Below, piece by piece: positions 51,172 to 53,840 of a stretch of DNA of 53,840 bases. The notes beneath the pieces were generated by a model. The model worked only from the letters and a program-made list of their open reading frames with translations. It ran no database searches and had not been told where the DNA came from. Origin of the DNA: a virus (taxonomy: Duplodnaviria; Caudoviricetes). The stretch spans positions 1 through 53,840 of IMG/VR virus record IMGVR_UViG_3300031227_000060; one strand, 5' to 3'. Each line of letters opens with the position of its first letter. Positions within the stretch are counted from its first letter, which is position 1. The position numbers were made by a program, and so were the translations under genes.

Positions 51172-52158
51172 CTAATATACGTCAATCGCAGGCCCACTTG
51201 TCACGCCTGTTTCTAATCGTTTAAAGCTTTCTTTTTCAGCGTCGGTTCTTGCTTGTGTTCTTGCGCCTGCCAATTTGCTACCGAAAGCAAGACCTTCTTC
51301 AGAAAAAGCCTGCTGGCCTCTTCCTTCTCCTGGGTCAGCACCATATCGGCTTAAATTCAGAGCCGCACGTTCACCACCACCCTTGAACGCTTTGGCTACG
51401 TCACCGCCTGCCTGTGCAACTCTTTTTTCTGAATCAACGCCCTCTAAAGCTGATTTATAAAATGCTTCGGTTACAGGCTTTCTAAGACCTATATTTGTCT
51501 CTTGTTCGGATAGAAGCCCCCCTGTGAGCCTTTCCCGCTGAGGCAATAATCTTAACGCCGCCTCGGACTCAGCTGTACTCAACCCGGCTTCCGCAAGCTT
51601 GGCTTTTATTTCGGCTTCGGGAAGCCCTGCATCCTTGCCGAGCTTAATTATTCTTTGTGCCTCTTCTGCTGCATCTGTTCCCAAATCAGCCTCAGCTATG
51701 CCTTGCGCTGTTAAAGAGGGAATCATTTCAAGATTAGCGCCTATCTGCGCGGTAGTCATGTCCATAAAGGATGGCGGAGGATTCTCAAAGTCGTAAGCAA
51801 ACTCTTCGGTGTCCCCCCGGCGAATCATCTCAACGCCTTCCGGAGCGCCAGTACCTTCGGGAACATCTGACACCCATACTTCTGTGTCATTGAAATCATT
51901 AGACCTATCTCCCTGTACTGTTTCATAGTGTCCGGTTGAAGTATCCCCTTCTACTGATTCAGTCTTGTCAACTGGAGCAGCACTGGCAATAAACTCACCA
52001 GTGCCAGGATCTATATACCCCTTTTCGTTGGGATCATAGTTAACTCCAAACCAAGCAAAGTTTTTGAACTCCTTGGCCCACTCCTGCTGTTCCTCGGAAA
52101 GTTCGAGCATTCCTGCGTTAAAAGCCGCGTCGAATGTATCTCCACTGCCACCGCCCAT
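51172..52158 (-). CDS. Internal virion/ejection protein
   Basis: MGGGSG start, Ala-rich, LSRYGADPGEGR; position in the virion module. Confidence 0.6.
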   Translation of the reverse strand: MGGGSGDTFDAAFNAGMLELSEEQQEWAKEFKNFAWFGVNYDPNEKGYIDPGTGEFIASAAPVDKTESVEGDTSTGHYETVQGDRSNDFNDTEVWVSDVPEGTGAPEGVEMIRRGDTEEFAYDFENPPPSFMDMTTAQIGANLEMIPSLTAQGIAEADLGTDAAEEAQRIIKLGKDAGLPEAEIKAKLAEAGLSTAESEAALRLLPQRERLTGGLLSEQETNIGLRKPVTEAFYKSALEGVDSEKRVAQAGGDVAKAFKGGGERAALNLSRYGADPGEGRGQQAFSEEGLAFGSKLAGARTQARTDAEKESFKRLETGVTSGPAIDVY

Positions 52159-52159
52159 A

Positions 52160-52657
52160 TCACACCTCTCTTTCTATACAAAACTGAACGCCATCGATTC
52201 CGTTAAAATGCTGAGGGATGTCACATAAATACTTCATCCCGGTTTTTTCGCAAAATTGAATCGCAAAAGCATTATCTTTAGGTATTATTCCAATTAAAAC
52301 CGTGAATTGTTTTTCCAATAAACGCCTGTAAACTTCCTTTGTGGCCGAAATAGAAGCCTCGTGCCCCCAATATTCTGAAAACACGCAAAAATGGCCCTGG
52401 CCTGTCCGGTGTCGAATATTATCCACTAGTCCAAATCCGGCAATATCCCCCTCGTAAAGAATAGTGAAAAACATTAATCTTGGTTCATATTTTATTCGCC
52501 TAACAAATCCTTGTTTGTCCGGCTTCCTGTCTCCAAAAAAGAACATTTCTAAAGTTCCGTCTTTTTCGCATCTATCAAGAAGACTCACAATAAAAGAGTC
52601 TTTCATAGACGGAATGCCGTCTTTAATATAATAAAAATTCATTTCTACGTTATTCAT
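52160..52657 (-). CDS. GNAT-fold virion-module protein
   Basis: IAGFG..GHFCVFSEYWG..LIGIIPKDNAFAIQFCEKTGM; usual position after the tail tube gene in podoviruses. Confidence 0.65.
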   Translation of the reverse strand: MNNVEMNFYYIKDGIPSMKDSFIVSLLDRCEKDGTLEMFFFGDRKPDKQGFVRRIKYEPRLMFFTILYEGDIAGFGLVDNIRHRTGQGHFCVFSEYWGHEASISATKEVYRRLLEKQFTVLIGIIPKDNAFAIQFCEKTGMKYLCDIPQHFNGIDGVQFCIEREV

Positions 52658-52935
52658 ATGCCATACTCGTAAGGATTCACCTGTTTCACAGGATCACCAG
52701 CTTTGTCGATTAATCCCAAATTTATTAAGTCCTGATATGTCATTACTCTATCGTTTGAAGCCCCTGAATATATTTCAAATTTCTTTTTTAGTTCGGTCAA
52801 AAACACATAAAGTCCTTTCGGTTCTAGCCGTCCGGGCACGTTAGGCAACTTATAATAATTAGCCCCGAAAGCCGTCACAACTGCATATATTATTCCAAGC
52901 GCAATAAGCACCACAATTAAAAAGACTTTCTTCAT
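52654..52935 (-). CDS. Small tail-module protein with signal-peptide-like N-terminus
   Basis: MKKVFLIVVLIALGIIYAVVTAFGA; RVMTYQDLINLGLI. Confidence 0.6.
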   Translation of the reverse strand: MKKVFLIVVLIALGIIYAVVTAFGANYYKLPNVPGRLEPKGLYVFLTELKKKFEIYSGASNDRVMTYQDLINLGLIDKAGDPVKQVNPYEYGI

Positions 52936-53840
52936 TGTCCCAACTCCCTCACGGATGTTGATATATCTATCGTCTTTACAGGCACGTAACCTGATAATTC
53001 AATCTCGAATATCCTGCTCTTATATCCTGCAGGCAATTTAAACGGCTTTGAGTTTGTTATTGTTTTTATTAATTTTGGAGTAGGGGAACCTTCTACATAT
53101 AATTTAAACGTAACTGTATTATTTAATGTAGTATTTTGTATGGTATAGAGATAATCATCATTGATAGCCAGTTCATTTATAGCGGCACATCCTATGGCCC
53201 CGAAAAGTTCCTGATTGTCCATCATGTCCTCATTTAAGTCTTCAAGGTAATCACTGTCAGACATTGCAGATATAAGATCATCATACCAGTATTCGTCTCT
53301 TGTCAGTCTCGCTGCAGAAAAATTCACCAATGAATCAAGCTGGAATTTTTTAGTCTTCCAAATGTATCTTTTATAATTATAAGTTTCGCCTTCCCATTGT
53401 TTTATTTTGTTAGTGAGCGCAGAATTTGGGTCTTCTGGATCTTCCAATTCATTTACGACAACATAAAAGTTGCCGTCAGCAATAGAAACATATCCGGCGT
53501 AAACTGTATCTTTTAATTTAGTGAACGTGTTTAATTCCAGGTCAATCATAAAACTCGTACCCGAAGCCGATTCGTTAAACGCAAAGTATTTATTATTATA
53601 AACAAACCCTTGGAGAGTAGTTGGTTGAAAATCAACCCAATCATCCCTTGATAGAAAAGAAGTCGTTAAAGTGACTATTCCGTCTTGGTTTATTACTTTA
53701 AGGCCGCTTCTTTTGGATGCAAATATAACACTGTTTTTAATCCTGGCTATAGACTTTTTAGCAGCTGCAGGGCAGAAATCATTTAACTGATTAAAAATCA
53801 TCGTAGCCGGATCGTCACCAAACCCGACAGAATGATAACC
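52932..53840 (-). CDS. Tail tubular/stabilisation protein, 5'-truncated
   Basis: Frame is open from the window edge; beta-rich; YIWKTKKF and PFKLPAGYKSRIFEIEL. Confidence 0.7.
   Translation of the reverse strand, partial: GYHSVGFGDDPATMIFNQLNDFCPAAAKKSIARIKNSVIFASKRSGLKVINQDGIVTLTTSFLSRDDWVDFQPTTLQGFVYNNKYFAFNESASGTSFMIDLELNTFTKLKDTVYAGYVSIADGNFYVVVNELEDPEDPNSALTNKIKQWEGETYNYKRYIWKTKKFQLDSLVNFSAARLTRDEYWYDDLISAMSDSDYLEDLNEDMMDNQELFGAIGCAAINELAINDDYLYTIQNTTLNNTVTFKLYVEGSPTPKLIKTITNSKPFKLPAGYKSRIFEIELSGYVPVKTIDISTSVRELGQ

Overview
Most of the genome of a tailed dsDNA phage with a podovirus-like virion module, AT-rich. No integrase is visible in the window. Host is unknown; a Gram-negative host is inferred from the PEP-CTERM protein, the O-antigen-ligase-family protein and a lipoprotein-like gene. 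Minus strand, right to left: tail tube/stabilisation protein (cut by the right edge), ejection proteins and a 3448-aa polyvalent protein. Further left, from a Cro-like gene near 31.8 kb: DNA methylases, primase-helicase, resolvase, envelope-related genes, terminase, a fibre/spike cluster, lysis genes, portal, scaffold and major capsid (cut by the left edge). A plus-strand early operon (32.9-38.3 kb) carries recombination genes, an HNH and a sulfotransferase. Main observations: (1) seven consecutive fibre/spike-type genes, each starting with a Sec-type signal peptide; (2) a complete HNH endonuclease cassette (promoter, RBS, ORF) nested antisense and codon-in-register inside the giant gene, which stays open; (3) a 258-nt ORF-less group I intron in the major capsid gene, which the ORF track misses; (4) tandem stem-closed, CCA-ending structured RNAs, one tRNA-like, in the early leader. 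All family assignments are from motif recognition by eye, not database searches.
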